A DNA stretch of 64,000 nucleotides from an uncultured Candidatus Rokubacteria bacterium (GTDB lineage Bacteria; Methylomirabilota; Methylomirabilia; Rokubacteriales; DASRDR01), in the NCBI GenBank assembly GCA_963708025.1, contig CAVPSB010000025.1, positions 160,001 to 224,000 on the forward strand. The letters run 5' to 3'. Positions 47,483 through 57,463 of this stretch are shown piece after piece. Made by a program: the position numbers and the translations under genes. Each line of letters opens with the position of its first letter. The first letter of the stretch is position 1. The notes beneath the pieces were generated by a model, which made no database searches, was not told the DNA's origin, and worked only from the letters and a program-made list of their open reading frames with translations.

Positions 47483-48664
47483 ATGGCGGAGCGCAGGACG
47501 GTCAACGTCGGGCTGATCGGCGGCGGCGGGATCGCCCGCCTCCACGCCATCGCCTATGCCGGCGCGCCGGCCTATTTCGCGCCGGACCTCCCGGCGGTCG
47601 TCCTCCGGCGGGTCGCCGAGGCCGACGCGACGCTCGCGCGGTCCGCGGCCGAGCGGCTTCGGTTCGAGGAGTGGACCACCGACTGGGAGGGGCTGGTCGC
47701 CAGCCCGGACATCGACCTGGTCAGCATCGCCACCCCGAACTTCCTCCACGCCCCGATGGCGATCGCGGCGGCGGCGGCCGGCAAGCACGTCTTCTGCGAG
47801 AAGCCCCTGTCGAACACCGCGGCCGACGCCGAGCGGATGTGCCGGGCCGCCGAGGCGGCGGGGATCGTCCACGCCGTGAACTTCAACTACCGCAAGGTCC
47901 CGGCCGTCCAGTTCATCGCCCGCCTGGTCCGGGCCGGCCGGCTCGGCGCCATCCGGCAGTTCCGGGCGGCCTTCCTCCAGGACTGGGGCAACGACACCGG
48001 GATCCCGCGGTCCTGGAAGTTCGAGGCGAGCAAGAGCGGCGGGGGCGCCCTGATCGGAACCGGGAGCCACATCATCGACCTGGCCCGCTACCTGGTCGGC
48101 GAGCTGGACCGCGTGGTGGCGACCACCGAGATCTGGGTGAAGGAGCGCCCGCTGCCGGCGTCGTCGCTTCCCTTCGCGGCGGTGCGGGGAGAGGCGGAGA
48201 TGGCGCCGGTCGACGTGGACGACAGCGCCTACTTCCTGGCGCGGTTCGTGGGCGGCGCCATCGGGGTGTTCGAGATCAGCCGCTGCGCCCCCGGGCGCAA
48301 GAACCAGCTCGCCCTGGAGATCCACGGCAGCCTCGGGTCCGTCACCTTCGACTACGAGCGCCCGAACGAGGTGAAGCTGTACCTGGCCGACGGGGACGCG
48401 GAGGTCGCCGGCTTCCGCACGGTCGTCATCGGCCCGGCGCAGGACGACGCGTCCCTGGTCCCGTTCCCCGGCTTCGGGGTCGGGTTCATGGAGAGCATCC
48501 TGTTCCAGGTGCGCGACCTGCTCCGGGCGATCACGGGCGGCCCCGCCATGTCGCCGAGCTTCCACGACGGGTGGCGGGCCCAGGCGGTCGTGGAGGCGGC
48601 CCTGGAGTCGGCCCAGAAGGGCTGGGTCTCGGTGCCCCCGCTCCCGTCCGTGGCGGGGAAGTGA
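47483..48664 (+). CDS. Gfo/Idh/MocA oxidoreductase, levoglucosan dehydrogenase-like
   Basis: NVGLIG, ATPNFLH, CEKP, FNYRKVPA, LQDW, PVDVDD, EIHGS, GFRTVVIGPA. Confidence 0.88.
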   Translation: MAERRTVNVGLIGGGGIARLHAIAYAGAPAYFAPDLPAVVLRRVAEADATLARSAAERLRFEEWTTDWEGLVASPDIDLVSIATPNFLHAPMAIAAAAAGKHVFCEKPLSNTAADAERMCRAAEAAGIVHAVNFNYRKVPAVQFIARLVRAGRLGAIRQFRAAFLQDWGNDTGIPRSWKFEASKSGGGALIGTGSHIIDLARYLVGELDRVVATTEIWVKERPLPASSLPFAAVRGEAEMAPVDVDDSAYFLARFVGGAIGVFEISRCAPGRKNQLALEIHGSLGSVTFDYERPNEVKLYLADGDAEVAGFRTVVIGPAQDDASLVPFPGFGVGFMESILFQVRDLLRAITGGPAMSPSFHDGWRAQAVVEAALESAQKGWVSVPPLPSVAGK

Positions 48665-48668
48665 GGCT

Positions 48669-48760
48669 GTGAATCAATCGGGTCCTCCGGCTCCCCCCTC
48701 CCCCAGTGGGTGGGGGAGGGGGGTGGGGGGGAGGGAGGGAGGTCCCGAACGTCCCGAACT
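48669..48760 (+). repeat. Family A element, copy 7
   Basis: GTGAAT..GGTCCTCCGGCTCCCCCCTCCCCC..GGGTGGGGGAGGGGGG..GGGAGGTCCCGAACGTCCCGAAC. Confidence 0.85.
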
Positions 48761-48763
48761 GAG

Positions 48764-49543
48764 ATGCGCTTCGCGGGGAAGGTCGCGATCGTCACGGGGG
48801 CCGGCGGAGGGCTGGGGGCCCACTACGCCGCCGCGCTCGCCCGGGAGGGCGCCGCGGTCGTGGTGGTCGATCGGCTAGCCACCGTCGAGGCGACGGCGGC
48901 GGCCATCCGCGCCGCCGGCGGCGCCTGTACCGGGGTGACCGCCGACCTCACGGACCAGGGTGAGGTCGGCCGCCTGGCGAGCGCCGCGCTCGAGCGCCAC
49001 GGGCGCATCGACATCCTCGTCAACAACGCGGGCGGCGGCTCCAGCGTGACGACGACCGCGGGGTCCATCGAGGAGGAGGATGCCGTCTCCTGGGACCTCC
49101 ACCTGGGCGCCAATCTCAAGACGGCGTTCCTCTGCACGCGGGCGGTCGCCGGGCCCATGAAGCGGCAGGGCTACGGGAAGATCGTGAACGTCTCCTCCCG
49201 CTCCGCGCGGATCACGGATCCCACCGTCCACCAGTCGCCCGCGTACGCGGCGGCGAAGACGGCGGTGCTCGGGCTGACCCGGTTCAGCGCGCGGGAGCTG
49301 GGGCCGCACGGCATCACCGTCAACTGCATCGTCCCGAGCCTCGCCATCAGCGGACCGGTGCTGCAGGGCTACTGGGAGCGCATGAGCGCGGAGCGGCAGG
49401 CCGCCTTCCTCCAGCAGATCGCGCTCCGGCGCCTCCCGCGCCCCGACGAGCTGACGTCGGCGGTGCTCTTCCTCTGCAGCGACGAGAGCAGCTACATCAC
49501 CGGCGCGTCACTGGACGTCAACGGTGGCTCCTTCATGCCCTAG
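48764..49543 (+). CDS. Short-chain dehydrogenase/reductase
   Basis: TGAGGGLG, NNAG, NVSS, YAAAK. Confidence 0.92.
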   Translation: MRFAGKVAIVTGAGGGLGAHYAAALAREGAAVVVVDRLATVEATAAAIRAAGGACTGVTADLTDQGEVGRLASAALERHGRIDILVNNAGGGSSVTTTAGSIEEEDAVSWDLHLGANLKTAFLCTRAVAGPMKRQGYGKIVNVSSRSARITDPTVHQSPAYAAAKTAVLGLTRFSARELGPHGITVNCIVPSLAISGPVLQGYWERMSAERQAAFLQQIALRRLPRPDELTSAVLFLCSDESSYITGASLDVNGGSFMP

Positions 49544-49552
49544 ATCCGAACC

Positions 49553-50878
49553 ATGGAGGCCAGCGCAATGAAGCGACGGCACTTCCTCAAGGTCAGCGGC
49601 ACTGCGGCAATCGCGAGCACCGGCATCGCCGGCATCCTGGCCTCCGGCCGGGCGCCGGCCCACGCCCAGGGGACCAAGCTGCACATCCTCCGGTGGAACG
49701 ACTTCATCCCCCAGGCCGACGTGGAGCTGAAGCGCCAGGCCACGGAGGCGGGGAAGGCCCTGGGGGCCGAGATCACCTTCGAGTTCGTCGCGACCAACGA
49801 CCTGCAGCCCCGCATCACCGCCTCGCTCCAGTCCGGGTGGGGCGCCGACGTCATCATGATGCTGTGGGCCTGGCCCCAGCTCTACGCCAACAGCCTCACC
49901 GACGTGTCGGACATCGCGGAGCCGATCGGGACCGCCCAGGGCGGCTACTACGACGTCTGGAACGCCACCGCGAAGGTGGGCGGCGCGTGGCTGGCCGTCC
50001 CGCACAGCGTGGGCGGCTACGTCGCCAACTACCGGCGGTCCTGGCACGCGGAGATCGGCGTCCGGGAGTACCCGAAGACCTGGGAGGAGTGGCGGGAGGT
50101 CGGCACGAAGATGAAGGCCAAGGGCAAGCCGGTCGGCCAGTCCCTGGGCCGCGGCCTCGACCCGGCGACCTTCTCGTATCCCCTGCTCTGGGACTTCGGC
50201 GGGGCCGAGGTGGACGAGAGCGGGAAGAAGGTCGTCATCAACTCGAAGGCCACCCTGGAGTCGGTGAAGTTCCTGCAGGCGTTCTGGAAGGACGCGTGCG
50301 ACGAGGGCGGTCTCGGCTGGGACGACACCAGCAACAACCGCGCGTTCCTGTCCGGTGACCTGAGCTCCACCGGCAACGGCCCGTCGATCTACATCGTCGC
50401 CAAGCGCCAGCAGGACAAGCTGAAGGACGACAAGGGCGCTCCCCTCTACCTGGACATCGACCACGCCTTCCTGCCGAAGGGGCCCGTCCGCCAGGTCCAC
50501 CTCAACACGCCCTTCCAGCACACGGTCCCGAAGTACTCGAAGAACCAGAAGCTGGCCAAGGACTTCCTCCGCTGGCACCACCAGCGGGAGAACTACGAGA
50601 AGTGGTGGACGATCAACGAGGGCTACAGCATGGGCGCGGCCCGGGTATGGGAGGACCATGCCATGTGGTCCCGGATCGACAAGCCGCTCCAGATCATGCG
50701 CCAGATGGTGCGCCTGAGCCTCATGTTCGGCTACCCGGGGCCGGCGTCGGCCAAGGCGACCGAGGCCCAGAGCAAGTTCATCGTCTCCGACATGTACGCC
50801 CACGCCGCGCGCGGCATGAAGCCCGAGGACGCGGTGAAGTGGGCGGAGACCGAGCTGAAGAAGGTCTACGAGGCGTGA
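49553..50878 (+). CDS. ABC extracellular solute-binding protein (family 1), Tat signal
   Basis: KRRHFLK, LRWNDFIP, WDDTSNNRAFL, KPEDAVKWAE. Confidence 0.88.
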   Translation: MEASAMKRRHFLKVSGTAAIASTGIAGILASGRAPAHAQGTKLHILRWNDFIPQADVELKRQATEAGKALGAEITFEFVATNDLQPRITASLQSGWGADVIMMLWAWPQLYANSLTDVSDIAEPIGTAQGGYYDVWNATAKVGGAWLAVPHSVGGYVANYRRSWHAEIGVREYPKTWEEWREVGTKMKAKGKPVGQSLGRGLDPATFSYPLLWDFGGAEVDESGKKVVINSKATLESVKFLQAFWKDACDEGGLGWDDTSNNRAFLSGDLSSTGNGPSIYIVAKRQQDKLKDDKGAPLYLDIDHAFLPKGPVRQVHLNTPFQHTVPKYSKNQKLAKDFLRWHHQRENYEKWWTINEGYSMGAARVWEDHAMWSRIDKPLQIMRQMVRLSLMFGYPGPASAKATEAQSKFIVSDMYAHAARGMKPEDAVKWAETELKKVYEA

Positions 50879-50882
50879 CAGG

Positions 50883-51803
50883 ATGAGCCCGAGCGAGCAG
50901 GCCGCCGGGTATCCGGACCGGCCGGTGCGCGTCATCGTGCCCCTCCCCCGGGCGGGTCGACGGAGTTCGCGGCCCGCACCGTGACCGCCGAGATGCAGAA
51001 GATCCTGGGCCAGCCCTTCGTCGATCGAGCCCCGGGTGGGGGAGGCCGGGATGGTCGCCCTCCGGGCGCTGGCCGGCGCCGACGCGCACACGCTGATGGT
51101 CGGCAACGTCAACACCAACTCGATCGTGCCGGCCCTCTTCGCCAAGAAGCTGGGCTTCGACTACGACACGGGCATCACGCCGGTGTCGCGGCTCACCGAG
51201 TTCCCGAGCCTGCTGGTCGTGAAGGCCTCGGTCCCGGCCAGCACGGTGCGGGAGTTCCTCGCCTACGCGAAGAAGGTCTGGGGCCGGGTCCGGAACGGCA
51301 CCGACTGGATCGGGAGCTACCCGGACATCGACGGGCTGTTCCTCGGCAAGGCGGCCGGGGTCGAGGTCGTCAACGTGCCCAACCCCGACGCGGCCGACGG
51401 CCTGCTGGCGGCGGTCGCGGGGGGGGCCATCGACATGGTATTCCTGAACGCGCGGACCGCCGGCCGCGGGATCCGGGCCGGGACGATCAAGCCGCTGGCG
51501 GTGTCGGGTCCGGTCCGGCTGGCGGGGTGGCCGGACGTGCCCACGATGGCCGAGTCGGGATTCGAGGGGATCGGCACCCCGCACTGGCAGGGGCTCTTCG
51601 CCCCGGGCGGCACCCCGGCCGCGATCATCCGGCTGCTCCACCGGACGGCGGTGCAGGCGCTGGGGGCCGCCGAGGTCCGCGCCGCGTTCGAGCCGGTGGA
51701 CGTGCGGGTGACCCCGAGCGCGTCGCCCGAGCAGTTCGCGGCGGAGATCCGCGCGGAGCGGGTCCGGTGGGACCAGGTGAAGGGGGAGCTCGGGCTCGGG
51801 TGA
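50883..51803 (+). CDS. Tripartite tricarboxylate transporter substrate-binding protein (Bug/TctC), frameshifted at ~50945-51050
   Basis: YPDRPVRVIVP, PDVPTMAESG, WQGLFAPGGTP. Confidence 0.8.
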
Positions 51804-51912
51804 GAGCGTGTCAGGGAATGGGACCTCCGGCTCCCCCCTCCCCCCGGTGGGTGGGGGAGGAGGGCCAAAGGCCGAAGGCCGGCGAAGGGTCGGGTGGGCG
51901 GGAGGTCCCGAA
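51802..51912 (+). repeat. Family A element, copy 8
   Basis: GAGAGCGTGT..GGGACCTCC...GGAGGTCCC terminal inverted repeat with nested CCAAAGGCCGAAGGCC. Confidence 0.88.
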
Positions 51913-51930
51913 CAGAAAAGGAAGGTCGAG

Positions 51931-52401
51931 ATGAGCACGCCGCAGCAGTCGGAGACCAAGACCGAGGGCGCGATCAAGGGCGGGGACGGCCGGTACGTCT
52001 TCGACCTCGCCCGGCTCAGCGCCATCGACGCCGGCCCCGGCTACTCGACGGCGCACGGGCCGGTCGTCGAGGGCGAGCGCATCCAGGTCGGCCTGATGCG
52101 CATGCCGCGGGGGACCGGGGGGCGGCCGCACAGCCACCCGAACGAGCAGTGGGTCTACGTGCTCCAGGGCACGCTCGAGGCCGAGGTGGACGGCGTGAAG
52201 TCCCGGGTGCCGGCCGGCTCGCTCATGTACATCCCGGCCGACGTCGTCCACTCCGCGCTGGCGACGCCGGACGCCGACGTCCTCTTCCTGACCGCCAAGG
52301 ACATGTCCCACGGGATCGTCGGGACCCCGGTCGACCGGTCGATCTCCGCGCCGCTCTACGCGCCGGGGTTCGGGCCGACCGGCGAGGCCGGCCCCCGCTG
52401 A
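51931..52401 (+). CDS. Cupin-domain protein
   Basis: HSHPNEQWVYVLQG, YIPADVVH. Confidence 0.88.
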   Translation: MSTPQQSETKTEGAIKGGDGRYVFDLARLSAIDAGPGYSTAHGPVVEGERIQVGLMRMPRGTGGRPHSHPNEQWVYVLQGTLEAEVDGVKSRVPAGSLMYIPADVVHSALATPDADVLFLTAKDMSHGIVGTPVDRSISAPLYAPGFGPTGEAGPR

Positions 52402-52418
52402 CATCGGGAGTCCCGGGC

Positions 52419-54185
52419 ATGAGCGACTTCACGAGCGAAGTGCGCGATGGGATGCGGATCGACTGGGACGTCCCGATCGCAATGGATGACGGCCTCGTTC
52501 TCCGCTGCCGACGTCTACCGGCCCATCGCCGACGGCCGGTACCCCGTCATCCTCTCCTACGGCCCCTACGCCAAGGGGCTGCACTTCGAGGACGGCTACC
52601 CCGATCAATGGAGCCGGATGATCGAGAAGCACCCGGAGGTCATGGCCGGCTCCACCAACAAGTACCAGAACTGGGAGGTGGTGGACCCGGAGAAATGGGT
52701 GCCGGACGGCTACGCCTGCGTGCGCGTGGACTCGCGCGGCGCCGGCCGCTCGCCCGGGCTTCATCGACATCTGGTCGCCCCGCGAGACGAAGGACCTCTA
52801 CGACTGCATCGAGTGGGCGGCCGTGCAGCCCTGGAGCAACGGCAAGGTCGGGCTGAACGGCATCTCTTACTATGCGATGAACCAGTGGCAGGTGGCTGCC
52901 CTCCAGCCGCCGCACCTGGCCGCCATGTGCGTCTGGGAGGGGGCGGCCGACTTCTACCGGGACTTCAGCCACCACGGCGGCATCCTGCTGCTCTTCGGCC
53001 GAGACCTGGTTCCGCGACACGGTCGATCACGCGCCAGCACGGCCGAGGGAACGCGGGACTTCCGCAGCCGGATCAACGGGGAGTGGTGCTCGGGGCCCGA
53101 GACGCTGCCCGAGGAAGAACTGGGGGCCAACCGCAGCGACTTCTACGAGGACTGCCTCGCGTCAACCCGCTGATCGACGAGTACTGGCGGGAGCGCATGC
53201 CCGACTTCTCCAAGATCAACGTGCCCGCTCCTCTCCGCAGGCAACTGGGGCGGCGCAGGGCCTCCATCCCCGCGGGAACTTCGAGGGGTTCGTGCAGGCG
53301 GCGTCACGAAGCAGAAGTGGCTCGAGGTGCACGGTCTCGAGCACTGGACCCACTTCTACACCGACTACGGCGTGCGCCTGCAGAAGCGCTTCTTCGGCCA
53401 CTTCCTCAAGGGCGAGGACACCGGCTGGGACGAAGCAGCCGAAGGTCTTGCTCCAGGTGCGCCACCCGGGCGAGAAATTCGTCGCGCGGGCCGAGACACG
53501 AGTGGCCCCTCGCCCGGACGCAGTGGACGAAGTTCTACCTCGATCCCGGCCGACCGCCAGCCTGGTCGCACGAAGCCGTCCTCCGCCGAGGCAAGCGTGA
53601 CCTACGAGGCCTCGGCGACGGCGTGACCTTCCTCACACCGCCGCTCTCGAGCGGAGACGGAGATCACGGGTCCGGTGGCGGCCAAGCTTTTCGTCTCGTC
53701 CGAGACCGAGGATGCCGACCTCTTCCTGGTTCTGCGCGTTTTCACGCCCGATATGCGGGAGGTCACCTTCCAGGGCTCGAACGATCCGCACACGCCCGTC
53801 GCTCAGGGATGGCTGCGCGCCTCGCACCGCAAGCTCGACCCCGAGCTCACGCTGCCCTACCGGCCCTACCATACCCACGACGAGAAGCAGCCGCTCAAGC
53901 CCGGGGCAGGTGTACGAGCTGGACGTGGAGGTCTGGCCGACCAGCATCGTGGTGCCGAAGGGCTACCGGATCGGCCTGACCGTCCGCGGGCGCGACTACG
54001 AGTACCCCGGCGGCCCCGGCCCCGGGCTGGGCGTCCTCGGCGCGGTCTTCACCGGGGTCGGGCCCTTCAAGCACGACGACGCCCGCGACCGGCCGCCGGA
54101 GGTCTTCGGCAAGAACGTGACGCTGCACTGCGGTCCCGGGCGGCCGGCGCACATCCTGCTGCCGGTCATTCCCCCCCGCGGGTAG
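52419..54185 (+). pseudogene. CocE/NonD-family serine hydrolase with many frameshifts (sequencing errors or decay)
   Basis: VPIAMDDG, YGPYAKG, VDSRGAGRSPG, QPWSNGKVGLNGISYYA, GWLRASHRKLDP, EVWPTS spread over alternating frames. Confidence 0.8.
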
Positions 54186-54195
54186 GAGAGACACC

Positions 54196-54894
54196 ATGCC
54201 GACGTTCAGGTGGAGCGAGCTTCCAACCGAGACCATCGATCCGCAGCATTCGGCGGCCACCGGCTCGGTGTACCGAGGGGAGCAGATCGAGGTGGCGCTG
54301 GCGCGGTACCCGGCCGGCAGCGCGGTGAAGCCCCACGCCACGCCCCACGAAGAGGTGCACTCGATCCTGAAGGGCCGGGCCCGGTATCGGGTCGGCGGGG
54401 AGGAGAAGGTCGTCGGGCCCGGGGAAGCCGTCCTCGTGCGGGCGAACGTCGACCACGCGGCCGAGATCCTCGACGACCTGGAGGTGGTGACCCTGCGTGA
54501 CGTGAAGCCGGAGTCGGGCGGCGGGCCGGCGGAGGCCGGGGCGCCGGCGTTCTACAAGTGGGACGAGATGGACGCCGACTTCATCACGCCCAAGTACTCC
54601 TCGGCCCACGGGCCGACCCTCCTGGGCGAGCGGATGGAGGTCGTCTACATGTACTTTCCCGCCGGGACCGAGGGGAAGCTCCACTCGCACCCGAACGAGC
54701 AGATCCAGGTGGCGCTCAAGGGCAAGGCCGTCGGCATCATCGAGGGCCAGGAGTACCCGCTGGGGCCGGGCGGCGGCATCCTGTTTCCCGCCAACGCGAC
54801 CCACGGCGCCCGCATCCTCGAGGACTACACGGTCATCAACTGCAAGAACATCGTCCGCGGCTGGAGCACCTACACCGCCAGCTGGCAGAAGTGA
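54196..54894 (+). CDS. Bicupin protein
   Basis: Two cupin motifs: PHATPHEE...NVDH and HSHPNEQ...NATH. Confidence 0.88.
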   Translation: MPTFRWSELPTETIDPQHSAATGSVYRGEQIEVALARYPAGSAVKPHATPHEEVHSILKGRARYRVGGEEKVVGPGEAVLVRANVDHAAEILDDLEVVTLRDVKPESGGGPAEAGAPAFYKWDEMDADFITPKYSSAHGPTLLGERMEVVYMYFPAGTEGKLHSHPNEQIQVALKGKAVGIIEGQEYPLGPGGGILFPANATHGARILEDYTVINCKNIVRGWSTYTASWQK

Positions 54895-54943
54895 CCGTCC
54901 GGTGCGCCCGGCCCTCGTCGCGCGTCGCCGCTCCGGGAGCCGG

Positions 54944-56002
54944 TCACCGCGCCGGGCCGAGGCCGGCGGCGCGGAGACGAGGGAACACGACGTCGCGGAA
55001 CGCGGCGATCTCCTGCACGGGCGGGGCGAAGGTCTGGAGCGGCATGAGGTAGAGGCTCCGGACGCCGAGCCTCGTCATCTCGACGATGCGATCGGCGCAC
55101 TCGGCCGGCGTCCCGATGAGCCCCAGCGCCTCGCAGAGCCGGGCGACGACCTCGTCGGGGACGAACGCGGTCGCGGCGATGGCTGCCTCCCAGTCGTGGG
55201 CGTGGGAGAGGTCGGGATAGATCGTCCGGACCGCGTCCGGGACCTCCAGCTCCGGGAGGCGGAGCCCGGCCGGCTCGAGCCAGTAGCCGCCCCAGCGGAG
55301 GATCCCCCAGTGCACCGCGGTCGGGCGCGCCAGCCGGCGCGCCTCCCCGGTGGTCGGCGCCGTCGCCGTGCGGACCGCCCAGACGACCTCGAGGTCGTCG
55401 AGCCGGCGTCCGGCCCGCCGGGCGCCGCGCTCGAGATGCTCGAGCGCCCGCTCCACGATCCCCCGGTTGAATCCCACCAGGAGGAGCACGCCGTCGGCGA
55501 TCTCGCCCGCCGCCTCGATCGCCTTCGGCCCCGACGCGGCCATCAGCAGCGGGATGCGTCGCCCCGACGCGTAGCCGAGACGCCCGGGTGTCCCGTCGAA
55601 GTCGACGGTCTCGCCGGCGAGCAGCGCCCGCACCGTCTGGAAGCAGGCGCGCATCTCGGCCAGCGTCGCGGGTCGCCTCCCGATGGTGATCGCGGAGGTG
55701 TAGCCGGTGCCGATCACCAGCTTCACCCGGCCCGGCGCCAGCTCCTCGACGGTCTGGATGGCGCCCGCGAGCACCGAGGCGTGGCGCGTGAAGGGGTTGG
55801 TGACCGCGGGGAACAGGGCCAGCCGCGACGTGTGGACGGCCGCCTGGCCGAGGGTGACGAAGGTGTCGCGGCACAGGAGCTGGCTGTCGAGGATGCCGAC
55901 GCCGTCGAACCCCGCGGCCTCGATGCCCTCGATCAGGCGCATGAGCTCGGGCATCGGCGCCGAGCCGGGAACCCGCAGGTGGACGCGGACGGGCTCGCTC
56001 AT
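54944..56002 (-). CDS. LLM-class flavin/F420-dependent oxidoreductase
   Basis: EAAGFDG, VTNPFTRH, PGRVKLVIGTG, AASGPK, GEIADGV. Confidence 0.88.
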   Translation of the reverse strand: MSEPVRVHLRVPGSAPMPELMRLIEGIEAAGFDGVGILDSQLLCRDTFVTLGQAAVHTSRLALFPAVTNPFTRHASVLAGAIQTVEELAPGRVKLVIGTGYTSAITIGRRPATLAEMRACFQTVRALLAGETVDFDGTPGRLGYASGRRIPLLMAASGPKAIEAAGEIADGVLLLVGFNRGIVERALEHLERGARRAGRRLDDLEVVWAVRTATAPTTGEARRLARPTAVHWGILRWGGYWLEPAGLRLPELEVPDAVRTIYPDLSHAHDWEAAIAATAFVPDEVVARLCEALGLIGTPAECADRIVEMTRLGVRSLYLMPLQTFAPPVQEIAAFRDVVFPRLRAAGLGPAR

Positions 56003-56069
56003 CGTCGCTCGCAGTGTGCATCGGCGGCGATGGCTCCCGCAAGGTCGTCGCGCTGAGAGGGACGCGGGA

Positions 56070-56880
56070 ATGGATCTGGGGCTGGCCGGCAAGACGGTCC
56101 TGGTGACCGGCGGCAGCCGGGGGATCGGGCTGGAGACCGCTCGGCTCTTCGCGCGCGAGGGCGCCCGCGTGCTGATCGCCGCCCGCCGCGAGTCGGCGCT
56201 GGCCGAGGCGGCCGCCGACGTCCTGAAAGACACGGGGCGGGCCATCGAGACGCACTCGATGGACGTGACCAGCCTCGCCCACATCGACGCGCTGCCGGAC
56301 GTCATTCGACGGAAGCTGGGGCGGATCGACGTCCTGGTGAACAACGCCGGCACCGGAACCTACAAGCCGTTCCTGGAGGTGACCGACGAGGAGCTGCTGT
56401 ACGGGATGGCGATCAACTACTTCGCCCAGTTCCGCATCTGCCAGCGGGTGGTGCCGATGATGATCGCCCAGGGCGGCGGCCGGATCGTCAACGTCAGCGG
56501 CGAGACGGGGATCAAGGTCACCGATCCGCCGTTCCTCTCCTCGTGCACCGGCCCGGCGAAGTCGGCGGAGATCCGCTTCTCCAAGGTGCTGGCCAGCGAG
56601 CTCGCGCCGCACGACATCCGCGTGAACTGCGTGGTGCCCGGCCTGGTGCTGACCCCGGAGCGCTTCGCCAAGTGGGAGCGCGAGATGGCCGGGCGCCCGC
56701 TGGACCCGGTGGAGGCGGAGCGGATCCGTCACGAGTGGTCCGCCCGCCAGGGCATGCGGGCGACGCGCTGGGGCACGCCGGAGGAGCTGGCGCAACATGA
56801 TCGTCTTCGCCGCCTCCGACGCCGCCAGCTACGTCAACGGCGCCGTCCTGGTGGCCGACGGCGCGCAGGACAAGTCCTGA
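56070..56880 (+). CDS. Short-chain dehydrogenase/reductase, frameshift near 56794
   Basis: TGGSRGIG, NNAG, GTPEELA, then ASYVNG...ADG in the shifted frame; catalytic Tyr position reads T (TGPAK). Confidence 0.85.
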
Positions 56881-56885
56881 GGACC

Positions 56886-57277
56886 ATGGGCATGCGCTCT
56901 CGGGCGATCGTCCTTCGACGGTTCGGCCACGTGCCGGAGGTCGAGGCAATCGAGGTCGCCCTGCCCGGGCGGAGCGAGGTCCTGGTCCGGGTGGTCAACG
57001 CGGGAGTCTGCCGGAGCGAGCTGCCGGCGATCCACGGCAAGCGGCGATCCCGCTGCCCATCGTGCTGGGGCACGAGGGGGCCGGGATCGCCTCCTACTAC
57101 GGCTCGACCCGCTTCTACGCCGACATCCCGTGGCTGGTGAGCCTGTACCAGGCCGGGAGGCTGCCGATCGACAGGCTGATCAGCCGGCACTACCCGCTGG
57201 ACCGGTACGGCGAGGCGCTCCGGGCGCTGGAGGCGGGCGAGGTGGCCCGCAGCGTCCTCGACGTCGGCCCGGCGTGA
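56886..57277 (+). pseudogene. Zn-dependent alcohol dehydrogenase with a large internal deletion
   Basis: N-terminal GVCRSE and LGHEGAG joined directly to C-terminal SYYGS...GRLPIDRLIS...GEVARSVL. Confidence 0.8.
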
Positions 57278-57313
57278 GTCCCGGGGCAGGAGGGAGGAGG
57301 TGACCGACGGCCT

Positions 57314-57431
57314 CTAGACCCTTGTTCCCTCTCCCCCTCTGGGGGAGAGGGTCAGGGGTGAGGGGGCAGAGCATGCACCCCGATCGACCCTCACCCCGAC
57401 CCTCTCCCTGAAAGGGAGAGGGAGCGGAGCA
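57314..57431. repeat. Family B REP-like composite, copy 3
   Basis: Two CCCTCTCCC/GGGAGAGGG hairpins around GGGGTGAGGG...CCCTCACCCC. Confidence 0.8.
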
Positions 57432-57463
57432 ACGCGAACGAACAGTTTCGAGAGGAGGGAACG

